From: Anolis carolinensis | Lineage: Eukaryota | Length of the DNA stretch: 64,000 nucleotides | Assembly (NCBI RefSeq): GCF_035594765.1 | Contig: NC_085842.1 | Coordinates: forward strand, 242,679,747 to 242,743,746 | Direction of reading: 5' to 3' | In this document: piece by piece, positions 36,679 to 50,298 of the stretch | Numbering within the stretch: position 1 is the first letter of the stretch | How the letters are laid out: every line of letters starts with the position of its first letter | Position numbers and translations under genes: made by a program | The notes under the pieces: generated by a model | Databases searched by the model: none | The model's input: the letters and a program-made list of their open reading frames with translations, nothing else | Told to the model about the DNA's origin: nothing

Positions 36679-37187
36679 TAATAATATCTGTCTAAAAATG
36701 AATCTACATGGGCAGGAAAGCCCAACTCCGCCTCAAACCCATAGTGTTTGCAGATTCCCAACGAACATTATGGATTTTTAAGAGTACAATAAATCTGATT
36801 TTGCCGTGCTTTGAGAAAAGTCAAGGTATACTCTAGAACTTGATAGAAATTCCAGAATATTTTGTGGCTCCAGGGCAGTTTGAATAGTAATATCAGTCCA
36901 ATTCAGACCAGTCCAGTCCAGATTAGACATTAGTGCTATCATTCTTTCCCTACATTCAAGGGGAATACATTGTGTAGCCACTACCATTACTCCCAGCTGG
37001 GAATGGAGCGCCATCCAAGCTCCTGGCCATTACAGCAACCTCAATGTGACATCAGCAGTGGTGTCTGTATGACCACCAAAAAGGAGGGGGAAATCAGGAC
37101 CGGTTCCAGTGAGCCAATGTAGACTCACTCTAAGAAAAGTTAAGATAGGTGGAAACACTTGTTAACCCTATAATTTCTATGCTCTAG

Positions 37188-37378
37188 GGGTGCATCTACA
37201 TTGTAGAATGAATTCAGTTTGGCACGACTTGAACTGTTATGGCTCAGTGCTATGGTATCTTGAGAGTTGTAGTTTGACAAGGCCTTCTCTGCCAAAGAGT
37301 GCTGGGGCTTCACCAGACTCTAACTTCTAGGATTCCATAGCATTGAGTCAAGGCAATAAAAGTGGTATAGGTGCACCC
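37188..37378. mobile_element. Harbinger-like MITE
   Basis: TIRs gggtgcatctaca and tataggtgcaccc. Confidence 0.7.
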
Positions 37379-38191
37379 TTAGAGAAATAAGTTTTTGATT
37401 ACTTCCACATGTCAAATTTGATTTCTGAGCTTTGTGTTACAGAAGCCCATAAATTATATACATCTTTTGAACTTTTTGATATTTTAACCTTTTAAAAAAT
37501 ATGATAATGGGCAGATTTTCAGGTTTTCTATATACAATGAGACTTGGCTGACCTCCTTTACTTTAGCTGTAAAGGCTAAGAAATCTCATATGGTAAAAGC
37601 AAGGGGAGGTTGTGCTTAATGCAGTGTGGTTTATGTCCTTTTGTCATTCAGATTTACTAAACCACAAGAGCAAACTTTCTTGGTGTATTCTGGCGAAGAT
37701 GAGGAAATACAAAAGGATGCCCACATTACAGGAGAAAGAAAAGAATCCCAAGTGAATTTCTATGAAGTCTAAGATGATTTCTGTCTAATCTGTGCTTAGA
37801 AAAGTACATAGCAAACATTTACTCTCATTCAGATATTGTTTATTCATATAGATATAAGAGAATATGCAGTGAGGAAGCAAACTTGGAGGTGAGGAATCTT
37901 TGTTTTCTACATAGCTTAGACACGAAGGGAGGTAAGAAAGATTGGTTCTCTCATTCTTCCCTACCTGCAAAAACAGGAAAGGATTTAAATTTGCTATGAC
38001 ACTCCAGATTTGAAGGTTTGCCAAAAACTCTCTTCCCACCCTAAGGTTTTACCTTTATATCAAGTGAGTCAATGTTTACAGGAAGAGATGACTCTTTCAC
38101 TTGGTCTTCAAATAAACCAGGGGAAATTCTGCTAACATATCTATGACACTGACAGTGTGCTTCATATTTCATGAGCGTTTTGGAACTTTTA

Positions 38192-38241
<50 letters not shown>

Positions 38242-38690
38242 GCTTATTTATTTACAGTATTTATACCCCACCCTTCTCACTCTGAAAGGGACTCAGAGCG
38301 GCTTACAGAACACACATATGGCAAACATTCAATGCCGATTATACAATTACCAAGGACAGACAACACAAATAGCAATAAAGGCAGTTTTTCCCATCTTATT
38401 TCCGGCATCTTGGAGGCTATATTCAGCTCTGGATACGGGGGGTGCAGATGATACATCTTCCATGCCGAGGAGCTTTCCTCCGATTGATGTCCTTAAGGGT
38501 GCCTTTATTACCCCCCCCCCCATCAATGGCAGTACCTATTTGTCTACTTGCATTTCTGCTTCTGACCTGCTAGGTGGGCAGGTGAGCCGGAGCTAATGGC
38601 GGGTGCTCACCCCGATCTGGGCTCGAACTGCCGACTTTTTGATCGGCAGGATTTTTCTACAGCACAGCGGTTTAGCCTGCTGTGCTAAGC
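38192..38690 (-). mobile_element. L2-tailed SINE with a Sauria-like head (Anolis SINE2-like) plus (AAT)n tail
   Basis: Head shares gtacctatt..tctact...ctgctaggt.ggcag with the Sauria SINE; 3' end is L2-type (reverse complement gtaagccgctctgagtccc...gggtataaata). Confidence 0.8.
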
Positions 38691-39511
38691 CCACCTTTCT
38701 CCCCATGGAGACTCAAGGTGGCTAACACTCCACACTAGGCAAGTTTGAAGGTGCAATAGAAAAGTTAAAAAGCAATTTAACAAAAGTTTAAAGGCAATTA
38801 AAAAGCAATTAAATAGTAACAGCGTGGTCCTAAAGTTTCCCCACATCCAGCCCCCAGAACTTCATTCTGCTACTTTAAGGTCCACTGCTAAATAGCTTAT
38901 TCCAGAAAGAGGAGGCAAACATCTAAATTATGCCTCTTCGTGTATTTTTACAATTTTATCCCACTTTTCTCTGAAAATGGGACCAAAAGTGCCTTTAAAT
39001 ATATGTTAAGATGAAATACAGCTAAAGGAAAACATGGTACAAAATTTAAAAACAATTCAATAAATAGTTATATTGGCAATTGAAAAAGCAGCTAAATGTA
39101 ATAATGGTGATTTTATTCTGAATTCTGAACCCTTTGAGGTTGAGAAGAGCGGGGTACAAGTATAGTAAACAAATAAATAAATAAACCCACATCCCAGTTA
39201 GTGTACACTGCTGGAACTGGCTCCTGTTTAAAGTTAGTTAGATGTTCTGTTCTATCATATTGACTTAGAGTTGCTAAACTGAAAACTATGCTTCTGTACC
39301 TTTAATGGCTGTGTAGAAGATGGAACTTCAGCTACTTGTCAGACAATGGTAACAGGAAACACCTGGTGAAACTATATCTCCTATACAACCTTTAAAATTA
39401 CAGAAACAGTCCCCAGTTTTCATTCTGCCAACCTTATGTTTGTGTATCTGTATGTGCTTGCAAGTTGCCTGTCAATTGACGGCAGTCCCATGAAATTCAC
39501 AGAGAATTACT

Positions 39512-39512
<1 letters not shown>

Positions 39513-39544
<32 letters not shown>
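39513..39544. repeat. (GTT)n microsatellite at the tail of a short L2-type 3' fragment (to about 39640)
   Basis: Directly visible; followed by tttataccactctttatctctcc. Confidence 0.85.
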
Positions 39545-39641
39545 ATTTATACCACTCTTTATCTCTCCTGACAGGGACCCAATGCTTAACATAAAAGCAT
39601 TAGCATACAATTTAAAATGTACAAATATGCAAACAATAAAA

Positions 39642-40244
39642 CATAGAATCATAGAATCATAAAATCATAAAGTTGGAAGAGACCTCACGGGCCATCCAGT
39701 CCAACCTCCTGCCAAGAAGCAAGAAAATCACATTCAAAGCATCCCCAACAGATGGCCATCCAGCCTCTGCTAAAAAGCCTCCAAAGAAGGAGCCTCCACC
39801 ACAGTCTGGGGCAGAGAGTTCCACTGCTGAACAGCTATCTCTTACAATTAGGAAGTTCTTCCTAATGTTCAGGTGGAATCTCCTTTCCTGTAGTTTAAAA
39901 CCATTGTTCCGCATCCTAGTCTGCAGGGCAGCAGAAAACAAGCTTGCTCCCTCCTCCCTATGACTTCCCCTCACATATTTATACATGGCTAACATGTCTC
40001 CTCTCAGCCTTCTCTTCTTCAGACTAAACATGCCTAGCTATTTAAGCCACTCCTTGTAGGGCTTGTTCTCCAGACCCTTGATCATTTTAGTCGCCCTTCT
40101 CTGGACACTTTCCAGCTTGTCAACATCTCCCTTCAGTTGTGGTGCCCAGAATTGAACTCAGTATTCCAGGTGTGATCTGACCAAGGCGGAATAGAGGGGG
40201 AGCACAACTTCCCTCAATCTAGACATTATACCCCTATTTATGTA
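39642..40244 (-). mobile_element. CR1 LINE 3' fragment
   Basis: FSLKKRRLRGDMLAMYKY...GFKLQERRFHLNIRKNFL is the CR1 ORF2 C-terminus; heptamer tail. Confidence 0.95.
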
Positions 40245-40399
40245 GGTGGTTTTGCCAGTTCCTTCCTATGAAATGTAGCCTATCAGCACCTACATACTAC
40301 ATATTGTATATAAATAGGATGAGGAACCATTGCAGGTTTTCAACCACATTTCATTACCATTGGCCATGACAATTGCGGCATCATTAACAAGACAAGATG

Positions 40400-40503
40400 A
40401 TCTGCTTTGAACTGGATTATATGAGTCTACACTGCCAGATAATCTGTGATAAGGAGATAATCTGGGATTAGATCCTGGGCTATAGGGCAGTGGAGATCCA
40501 GCC
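40400..40503. mobile_element. Right half of a Harbinger-like MITE
   Basis: Matches 36030-36128; followed by tta. Confidence 0.7.
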
Positions 40504-41098
40504 TTAGGCTTAACTGTACAACACAGCCAAAAACAGTTACTTGTCACCTGAGGGAATGTGAGAGTTGTTGCCTCAAAAAGCAACTTTTCCAAGTTCTGGT
40601 TTGTAAAACTATGAATTAATGTCATATATCTCAAAACACATTGTGCGAACAATATGACGGTGACATTTTTTGTGAACACAACACAAGAAAGCATTTAATT
40701 CCATCTCAGGGTGAAGATACACATCAAGTAATAAAGAAGGGTTTAACTCTGTTTACTAAATATGATAACTCACATGGAGTAGCCAGCCTGAAACTACAAA
40801 ACATGTATTTCAAACTGGTTTGCTCACAAAGTGGTGTTTTTTCCTGATCACATAGGGCTTTATATATTTAGTCAATATTATAACATGCCTTAAATGTATG
40901 ACTTCACTTTTCTTTTTTAACTTGTGCATAAACACTAAACAAAAAACAGTTCTAAAGATTGAAGCGATAACAATGCCATGCGTATGATCAGACACACACC
41001 CTGTTGCCATTTGGAGTCAAGGAGATACAAAGGTTGAATTTTCAAATTAGCCAACATGGCTGATTGTTTTGATTTTCATCTGTTCAGAACACAACTCA

Positions 41099-41384
41099 GG
41101 GTCCTTCCACATAGGGCCAAATCCTAGGAGGAACTGAGATATTTAATCCCATTTCCTCCCTGGATTCAGGCCCACACCAGTCCCAAACCCTGCAGTTTTG
41201 GTGGAGTGATGACTACAGGTTGACCCAGAGGTTGACCCAGGAGGGTAGCCAGCCAGCCCCCAGATCCCCATCCCCCCCCCAAAACTTACCTGAGTGGCCT
41301 TGATTCATCAAAATGATGCATTGGGAGGTTTGGAGGGGAGAGGGATTTCCTGTCATGGGTTTGGGGGCCTGTCGGGAAGGGCCC
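41099..41384. mobile_element. Harbinger-like MITE
   Basis: TIRs gggtccttccac and tcgggaagggccc. Confidence 0.6.
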
Positions 41385-41493
41385 ACAGAAACATCCAAAT
41401 ATTTTAGGTTTTCTGCATCTTATTGCATTATTTAGCATTCACATTCCTGATTCAAAAGCACTATGCTTCATAGTTCTCACAGCAATGCAAGTA

Positions 41494-41816
41494 CAGTAGA
41501 GTCTCACTTATCCAACACTCGCTTATCCAACGTTCTGGATTATCCAACGCATTTTTGTAGTCAATGTTTTCAATACATCATGATATTTTGGTGCTAAATT
41601 CGTAAATACAGTAATTACTACATAGCATTACTGCGTATTGAACTTCTTTTTCTGTCAAATTTGTTGTATAACATGATGTTTTGGTGCTTAATTTGTAAAA
41701 TCATAACCTAATTTGATGTTTCATAGGCTTTTCCTTAATGCCTCCTTATTATCCAACATATTCGCTTATCCAACATTCTGCTGGCCCGTTTATGTTGGAT
41801 AAGTGAGACTCTACTG
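41494..41816. mobile_element. Tc1/mariner MITE, 323 bp
   Basis: Perfect TIR cagtagagtctcacttatccaaca; TA TSD. Confidence 0.95.
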
Positions 41817-42949
41817 TAATTTATTTTGCAAACGGAAGAAAAGTATTATTGGTACCATCCAAAATGCATAAATAAAAATGATTATTATAAGGCCCATGAG
41901 TCTCTCTTGTGCTAAACATTAGGACTGCAAGGTAAAATCACTGGTAAGACTAACACTTCATACTCTTCTCTGCCTTCAAACTCATAGTCTCTGTGGGAGA
42001 CAGAGAGTTGAAAAAGTCCCTGTAGAGAAGTAGAAGACATGACAAGGGTCTGCTACTTCTGTTCCAAAACACCACCCTTCCCAAACTACTTTGAAATGAC
42101 AATCCATGAAAGTGTCATTAACCAAATACTAAAATAACCAATTTTGGTACCAGGTACCTCCAAGCTCAGAGCTATGTTCTATTAGGGACTGATTCATACT
42201 CCATATCCTTCAACATTTCACAAACAAAAGTCAGGATCCATGGGACAAGACATATCAGAATGTGATCAAGATGGCAAAAGCTATTAACGAAGAAGAGGAT
42301 TCAAGCTAGGAGAGACTTCAGCAGTTTGGCTTTACCAGAGAACTTTATCCCATGAGGCAGGCGAATCAGCACTGCTGTTGGATGACCACTTTGGTGACAT
42401 TGCTTATCATATAACATCATGTGCATCCCACTGCCAGTCTGCTTCCTCCCGATGATTTTCTCATTCCTGGCTATAAAAAGGTAAAACTGCTCTATAGCTC
42501 CCAACCCTGTAATCTATCTTAGTGTGTTGGGTTCCTTCCGTTTATGTGTTGTCATGCCAGCAGTGATATTAGTGGAGGAATTCTCTTCTTTGCTATTCCC
42601 AAACTGGCTGTTTTTCTAATTTTATTTGCCCTTTTGGTTTTTAAATGCTGGAATAGCAGAGTTGTGCTAAAATAAAAATTACAAATTAAAAAACAGCAAT
42701 AGTGTGGGAATGCGGGGTTAATGGGGGTGTGTGGAAGTATGATAATGGGGCCACAAATCAGCTAGTTGGCACAACTGCACTAATAAAAAAGTGAAATATT
42801 GAAGGTGCTCAAACTAGTATGTATCCAGTATGTATCCAGATAATGTGGCTCTAGTGAAATAGTGGATTTGTATGAAAAAATACTACCAGGAAGAGCAATA
42901 TTCCACCTCCTCCTCTCTGCTGAGTTAATTGAATAAAAATTGCCTTTGC

Positions 42950-43615
42950 ATTATAGTGGACGAGTCTACATAGGGACCACCAAACACAGTGCCCAAAACA
43001 TGAAACAAAGAACATGAATGGCTCTGCAGACTAATTCAACCAGAGAAGTCATCTATAGCAGAGCACTCGATGAACCAACCTGGACACAGAATATTACTTG
43101 AGAACACAGACATGCTGGACCACTCTGACAACCAACATATCAGACTACACAGAGAAGCCACTGGAATCCACAAGCATGTGGAAAGTTCCAACATAAAGGA
43201 GGAAACCATGAAAATGAACAAAATCTGGTTACCAGTGTTTAAAAATCTCACCAGAATCAAGACAGTAAAGAACACCACTCAGAAACAGGGGAATTCCAGA
43301 CAGCAAACAACTAAGTGCCAGTTAACACCTCCCAAACAAAGGATGCCTCCAGGCACAACAGCTAGGCTACCTCTATGCAAATACACTCACTGATTGACTT
43401 TGCAGCTGCAAGGCTACTCAATGCTAATCAAGCATGCTAATTGCAACATTCACATTGGCTTCAAACAGATAAGGGTTCTTTTCTCACCTTGGACATTCCA
43501 CAGATATATATACACTACATTTGCCCCATTTCCAACAGACCTCTGAACAAACCTCTAAGGAGAAAATACTACTGGAACATGGTCATACAGCCCGAAAAAC
43601 TCACAGCAATCCAGT
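42950..43615 (+). mobile_element. Penelope-like retroelement 3' fragment (GIY-YIG C-terminus plus pLTR lacking the hammerhead)
   Basis: NQPGHRILLENTDMLDHSDNQHIRLHREATGIHKH; homologous to the reverse complement of 648-1296. Confidence 0.88.
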
Positions 43616-46559
43616 GTTGCCTTCGACAACACATGCTTTTGCATTGTTGACTTCAGTTTTAAGCTCAGGTAAGCTGAGCAAAAAGGGGTAAAGAGGAAAG
43701 AGAAATTTGGACATTTTGAGATCAGCTAAAGTGTGACAAGGAGATTTGAAGGGCATGCTATTCCCTGTACTGCCAATGACCAAACTACATTAATGATGTT
43801 GATATGGTGTCATATGCTCCTGTTTTGTTATATATGCGTCCTTCTGTACTCTTGTTTGTATCTGGTATGCCATGGTGTCTGCTATTACATAAGTGAACAC
43901 AGCATGTTTATATCCCTCTCCTAGAACCATTATTTTTTATTTATTCTAAACACTGGAAACTTAAAGGGGATAGGGTCAGTCAAACTTCCTTAGCAAAGGA
44001 GTTGCAAAAATTTTAAAAATTAAAAATGTTATTTTTAAATTTGTAAAAGAAATCTCAAAATCCAGTTTTAAAACCATAAAACAAGGCATTTTAGACATTA
44101 AATGCCATATGGAACAGCACTGATTTGGCTGCCCATCAAAATCTTTTAAAGGATGGGGCCAGCATAACTTTCTTGAGTAGGCAATTCCACAATCCAGGCA
44201 ACGCCAAACTACTGGTCCATTGTCATTTCTGCTCCCAATACTTGCTTTCTCTCCAGTTGTGGAGTCCTGTACCTCTTGCCAGTGCTTGAACTGGCTGCCC
44301 AACAGCTGCCTCTTCCTGAAGTCACTTGATATCCCACCAGCTAGCTACATCAGGAGCACAAACAAGACCCTAGAGTCCTAAGCCATTAATGGAGGACTGT
44401 GTTGCTCAGATTAGTCACTCTGCGATCCTAATGCCACCCAGATGTTCTGCACAGAAAGTGTTGCCTGCCCTGGCTTTTCTGATTAACAGACCTCTTTACT
44501 TTTCTTCTTGGCCCCCATCACCACACATCCACTGTCACCAGCAGCAAGTGCAGGAAAAGGGAAAGCTCAACATCTCTTCAGGACAAGGGCTTAATATAAA
44601 ATGTCAAATGGAACCTTTTTATAGGTGGATAAAAGCCCTGGTGTATGTCATCTAACACACTTAGCTACATTGCTCCAATCAGTGGAATTTGTGGGAAGTC
44701 TGGGACCTTTCTGGCACACCATGCCAGGACAACAAAGGCTGTGTATTCATAGAGGTTGGCGGAATTAAGGTTGCTGACATAATTGAAACTATGAGATGCC
44801 CTCGATCCCATTCCCTGATCTTTAGAAAAGACCACTTACACTTGATAGGCTCTTTATCTTTTCACGACACAGTCTGAGACCTTAGAGCTGTGCTCTCAGG
44901 TTTGTTTACTTGGGAGGCAACTGCAGTGATTTTCAAATCACTGTGTATTATGTAAGCAGCTCCTCGAGATGGGGAGCTGTTAACCATTCTCTTTTTTTTC
45001 TGACAAGTGCATCATGTATAATTTTGTTTTGAAATAGCTTCTATGTCAGTGGTTCTCAACCTGTGGGTCCCCTTATTATCACTAATCTATGTGATGATAA
45101 GGAAGCTGCTTCCAAGAGGTCTCTAGAAATCATTAGGTCTTCTAGTTTACTCTCTAAGAATCTCCGGAGGTCCCCCTGTGTGATCTCTGGAGGAGGGTAA
45201 CCATAGTCACACTGCAGGACCTAGAGATCCCTACAGAAAACATCCAAATTAAGCCTGTGAATAATCAAATCCACAAAAGACAAACCCATAAACGTGGAAA
45301 ACCGACTCAGGTTAGGAACACAAAGATGATGGCTCCAAGCAGTTAGTCCATGTTTACTTTAAATTTCATTCATCTTAGGCCTTTTTGTAATGGACCATGC
45401 AGAATTAAGCCTCCAAAGAAGTGTAGTGGCCTCCAGTTTCTAAAAGGTTTACAGATAGCTACTCCTAACTCTTCCCCATTTATCCCTTCAGCCAAAATTG
45501 AGTCAATATCATGTGGCTAAATTTGTGGCAGTTTCGCTCCTACGCCAGATTGATTTCTTTGTACTCCATAAAAAACCAAACTTAGAAGTGGTGGCTACAG
45601 CTACAGTGGTGCCCACAGCATTCAGAATAAGAGAGGTTCTTACATTGGTGGCAGAGTGTGGATAATGGAAAGCTCTCAGTCTTGATTATAGCAAATCTTA
45701 ATATATGGTGGCAACATTGGTTTAGATAGAACCTTATATATGGTGGGGAAAGGGGTAGAATCTTCCCAGGAATGTAGAACTTTACTGTTGATATTGAATT
45801 TTAAAGCTGTTTTGGAAGGAACTGAAAATTAGAAAACAGGAAATAATCTCACCCCCTTCTTCCACACAACAGATAACACCGCAGAGTTTTGAAGCAGGAA
45901 GTCCATAACAAATCGAAGCAGAGGCATATGGCATCATTACCAACTCTACCATAAGACTGCTCGCTGCAATGTTGCTACAAAGCACAATGCCACACAACTG
46001 TAACAAAAGGCATTTCAACTGAAGAAATTACAGGGAAAACAAACAGCTTTGCTATGTAACCAAAGAAATGAGAACAAATTGAACTTTAAAAAAAGAAATG
46101 TATACAGAAAGATGATCGGTATGATGTCAACTCTCTAAAGAAATTACTTGGCACTGGAGAGAAGAGCAGGCAGCAATGCACACAATTCCCAGTCATAGCT
46201 GAGCGGATCTCACTGCTAATTATTCTGCAGCTGTCCAACAGATAGTATGGGAATGCTGACAAGCCACTTGACTTACATGCCCACCAAACAGCCATATCTG
46301 ATGTCATTTCTCAAAAATTTTGAGTGACACAAGATTTGGGGGTTTTGCAGATTTTCTTTGGCTGGCATCAAAACACAAGCCATGCTGTCCTGTCTGCTCC
46401 ATGGATCGTTGATATCAAAATAAATCCAGCCAGCTGAACACAGCATTGAAGGACAGGAATGTTCTCAGAACATACAATTGATCAATGACACTGGAACACA
46501 AATCAATCCTGAACTTATTCTTACTGTGTCAAATATGTATCCTGATGGGGAGGAGGTTA

Positions 46560-46872
46560 TTGGTTCCACACCACCATTTAGTTGGGGTCACTAGGTCACT
46601 ATGTGGAGAAAGGCCTTTTCTATCCCCCACCCCCACCCCAAAATGTGGAATAATCTCCTCCTTGCAGTAAGGCAGGCTCACAATACTGGTTGTATCTGTC
46701 ACTCAATAAAGATTTTCTTGCTCCTTAGATAGTTATTTCCTTGGATAATATCAGTTAACCTTGGTTTTTAATTAATTGTTTTAATTGATGTTATTGTTTT
46801 GTTGCTTTCAACTCTGTTTTGTTGCACCGGTTTTTATTGTAAACTGGATTTTAAAATCAAAAGCAGTACATA
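46560..46872 (+). mobile_element. Old L2 3' end
   Basis: aaggccttttcta...tgtggaataatctcc (RAFS..WNxL region) followed by a T-rich UTR. Confidence 0.5.
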
Positions 46873-47140
46873 ATGAGAAGCATATTTCAGTATTCCCATC
46901 TTGACCATAGAATCACACTGGAGAACCTAGAAGTTCCAGAGGTGTTCTCTCTAGGTCTTGCAGCATGACCTGAGGAAGTTGACCATAAATTCAAACTGGA
47001 GGATCTATTCACAGATTTAATCAAATCTGTGAATAATCAAATCTGTAATAGTCAAATTCTCAAATGGACTGACCATAAATACATTTTGAGTTTAGACCTG
47101 GGACCCATCTCCAAGATACCTCATTGTGTATATGCAAGTA

Positions 47141-47463
47141 CAGTAGAGTCTCACTTATCCAAGCCTCGCTTATCCAAGCTTCTGGATAATCCAAGCCATT
47201 TTTGTAGTCAATGTTTTCAATATGTCATGATATTTTGGTGCTAAATTCGTAAATACAGTAATTACAACATAACATTACTGCATATTGAACTACTTTTTCT
47301 GTCAAATTTGTTGTCTAACATGATGTTTTGATGCTTCATTTGTAAAATCATAACCTAATTTGATGTTTAATAGGCTTTTCCTTAATCCCTCCTTATTATC
47401 CAAGATATTCACTTATCCTAGCTTCTGCCGGCCTGTTTAGCTTGGATAAGTGAGACTCTACTG
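47141..47463. mobile_element. Tc1/mariner MITE, 323 bp, nested in a Tigger-like remnant (about 47085-47535)
   Basis: TIR cagtagagtctcacttatccaagc; TA TSD; host reads gtatatgcaag|ta|ttccaaaatctg. Confidence 0.93.
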
Positions 47464-48211
47464 TATTCCAAAATCTGTTAAGTCTGGTATATATTTCTGA
47501 TCCCAAGCTTTTTGGATGAGGAGCTCTCTACCTGTACTGATTTTTATTTATTTTTTTGCACTTGAGATGTAATTGGAGTCTGGATTGCATTTCATTGATT
47601 TGTCTTGCTATATGTATGGAAAGAGTGCTTGGTAGTAGGAAATTTTGTAGCATGTTGAATAGCTGAGCTGTACACCTTGCAAACTAAGTCTCAAATGCAC
47701 GAAACATTTTCCATGGGCTCTTCCCCTTCACCATTAAGCTCTGGAGAATCTAGCTTGTGCTCTGGATCAGTTTCCAAGCTCTTTTTTTAAAATCACAGAA
47801 ACCCCTATAACCATTCATCTTTTTAAAATTTTTCCAGAAATTGTAGCCAAATACCACCAATTCCCATGCACATTTATATGATATGTTTTATAACTTCTTC
47901 ATATGTTTCCGAGCTCTTAGCATAAATTATTGCAAGTTATTCAAAAGCAGTTTTAAATAAAAAGGTCTGATTTTTTGATAGATCCCCAGTGCATCACATG
48001 AGATTCATCCCATACTTTTATAAAGAAACCAGTTTTAAATTACCAACTTGCACCAGCAGTTATGAACTTCACAGCAAAAGTTCAAGAGGTGTACATCAAA
48101 TGTAATATAAATATAATCATATTTCCAAATCAAAGCCTTTCATCTGAAGCCAAAAGGTTTGATGAATATTGTTTAGCCACATTGCAGAACATTATAGGCC
48201 AGCAAGGAAAA

Positions 48212-48600
48212 TAGGCAGTCCCCAAGTTACAAATAAGATAGAGTCTATAGAATTGTTCTTAAGCTGAATTTGTTTGTAAGTCATAACAGGTACATTTTNN
48301 NNNNNNNNNNNNNNNNNNNNNNNNNNNNNNNNNNNNNNNNNNNNNNNNNNNNNNNNNNNNNNNNNNNNNNNNNNNNNNNNNNNNNNNNNNNNNNNNNNNN
48401 NNNNNNNNNNNNNNNNNNNNNNNNNNNNNNNNNNNNNNNNNNNNNNNNNNNNNNNNNNNNNTAGGGAAGGGTTAACACCCCTTTGGTGTTTGTTTTGCTG
48501 TGTGTGCTCCTGTTCAGAAGATTTCACCTCACTTTCTGTCCCTATGATAATTGGATTTGGAAAAAAATAGTTTATTGTGGAAACAAGAATTGGTGAGAAT
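48212..48600. mobile_element. Tigger/MER44-like MITE spanning an assembly gap
   Basis: Left TIR aggcagtccccaagttac; collinear with 56406-56863 on both sides of the gap. Confidence 0.8.
48299..48461. other. Assembly gap (163 N)
   Basis: Run of n. Confidence 1.
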
Positions 48601-48823
48601 TTTGGAAATTTTGGAATACATGGATTTGCATATACATACATAATGAGATATCATGGAGATGAGACCCAAGTCATACACATCGTCTGGAGGCATTTTTAAT
48701 AATTTTGTGCAGAAAGCAAAGTTAATGTACATTGAAACATCCGGAAGCCAATCTCAGCCATTCCTGTGAACAATTTTGAATTATTTTGGATATAAGAGTG
48801 CTCAAGCTGTAATAAGCAATTTA

Positions 48824-48860
48824 GGGCCCTTCCACACTTTAGCCCAGGATCGGATCCCAG

Positions 48861-48908
<48 letters not shown>

Positions 48909-50121
48909 TTAGACTTGTATACCTCTACTCCCATTTTGGCTCGGAGCAATTTACAGAAATAGATTAAAACAATACAATTAGCTTTAAAATAACAATAAAA
49001 ACAATAAAAACAACAATAAAAACAGACATAGCCCCGAGTTTTTCACCCATCGAAAGCTTGTCAGAAAAGAAAGGTTTTGCAGGCTTTCCGAAAGGCAAGT
49101 AGGTCTCGGATAGTTCGAGTTTCAACTGGCAAGGCATTCCATAAATGAGGAGCTACAATCGAGAAGGCTCTCTGCCTAGTAGAAGACAAATGATAAGTCC
49201 GTATGTTAGGGACTTCGAGCAAATTTTGGTCTTCAGACCGAAGTAATCTCTGGGGTTGGTAGGGGGATAAGCGGGCCCTCAGGTACGCCGGCCCCAAACC
49301 ATATAAGGCCTTAAAGGTTAGTACCAGTATCTTGAAAGTAATCCGGTACTCAATCGGTAGTCAGTGCAGCTGTTGTAGAATTAGGGTGATACGCCACCTC
49401 GCCAGCACGCCAGCGAGAAGACGAGCCGCCGCATTTTGCACCAGCTTCAGTTTCCGGATCACTGACAGAGGAAGGCCAATGTAGAGGGCATTACAGTAGT
49501 TGAGCCTCGAGATGACCGTCGCCTGGATCACCGTAGCCAAGGTCGTTCCTCGATAGTTAGGGAGCCAGTCGCCTAGCCTGACGTAGATGGAAAAACACAG
49601 ATCTGCTCACAGCAGAGACCTGGGCCTCCATTGTGAGCAGAGGGTCCAATAAGACACCAAGACTTTTTACAGAAGATGATGGACGTAATGTCTCACCATC
49701 CAGGGTAGGCAGCTGGATCTCCCTCCCACCCAGACGGCCCAGCCAAAGGATCTCCATCTTTGCTGGATTCACCCTGAACCTGCTGGCACGTAACCATCCA
49801 GTAACGGCCTCAAGGCACTGATGGAAACTATCGGGTACGGAGTCTGGCCGGCCCTCCATCCTCAGAATGAGCTGAATGTCATCAGCATACTGGTGGCACT
49901 CAAGCCCAAAGCTCCGCACCAGTCGGGCAAGCGGTCGCATATAGATGCTAAATAATAGAGGAGAGAGACCCCACAAGTTAGCGGAGACCACTCGGAAATC
50001 ATTTATCTGTTTTAAACTGGAATATATGAGCCCCCACTGCCAGATAACCTGGGATCAGACAATCTGGGATCAGACAATCTGAGATCAGATCTTGGGCTAA
50101 AGAGGCCGTGTGGAAGGGACC
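48824..50121. mobile_element. Harbinger-like MITE split by an L2 insertion (arms 48824-48861 and 50001-50121)
   Basis: TIRs gggcccttccacac and gtgtggaagggacc; tttagcccaggatc/gatcttgggctaaa subterminal symmetry. Confidence 0.8.
48862..50000 (-). mobile_element. Young 5'-truncated L2 LINE with RT domain and (TAAA)n tail
   Basis: SEWSPLTCGV-[PQG deleted]-LSPLLFSIYMRPL...HQYADDIQL...RQRAFSIVAPHLWNALP...FRKACKTFLF; CpG-rich. Confidence 0.95.
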
Positions 50122-50298
50122 AGTCAGAATGTTTGTAATTACTCAGTGTGGCATATTAATCTCTTCTACATACTTGTCTTACACATTCCCATTGATATTT
50201 TTGACCAAAGCAGAAGGTTTATATTCTACTCTAGATTGCGGAAGCAGAGGCCCACATGACACAATTGCACATGGATCTGCATGGTGAATGGATATGAA

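Noticed and set aside
41485-41493. Same 9-bp flank atgcaagta before the mariner MITEs at 41494 and 47141
   Set aside because: Further flanks and the right flanks differ, so not a segmental duplication; chance or weak target preference.
44237-44373. Acceptor-like ctttctctccag followed by VESCTSCQCLN (VWC-like)
   Set aside because: Only a short Cys pattern; the rest does not fit the domain and no partner exons were found.
48192-48641. ORFs spanning N runs (also 55481-55815)
   Set aside because: Artefacts of assembly gaps.
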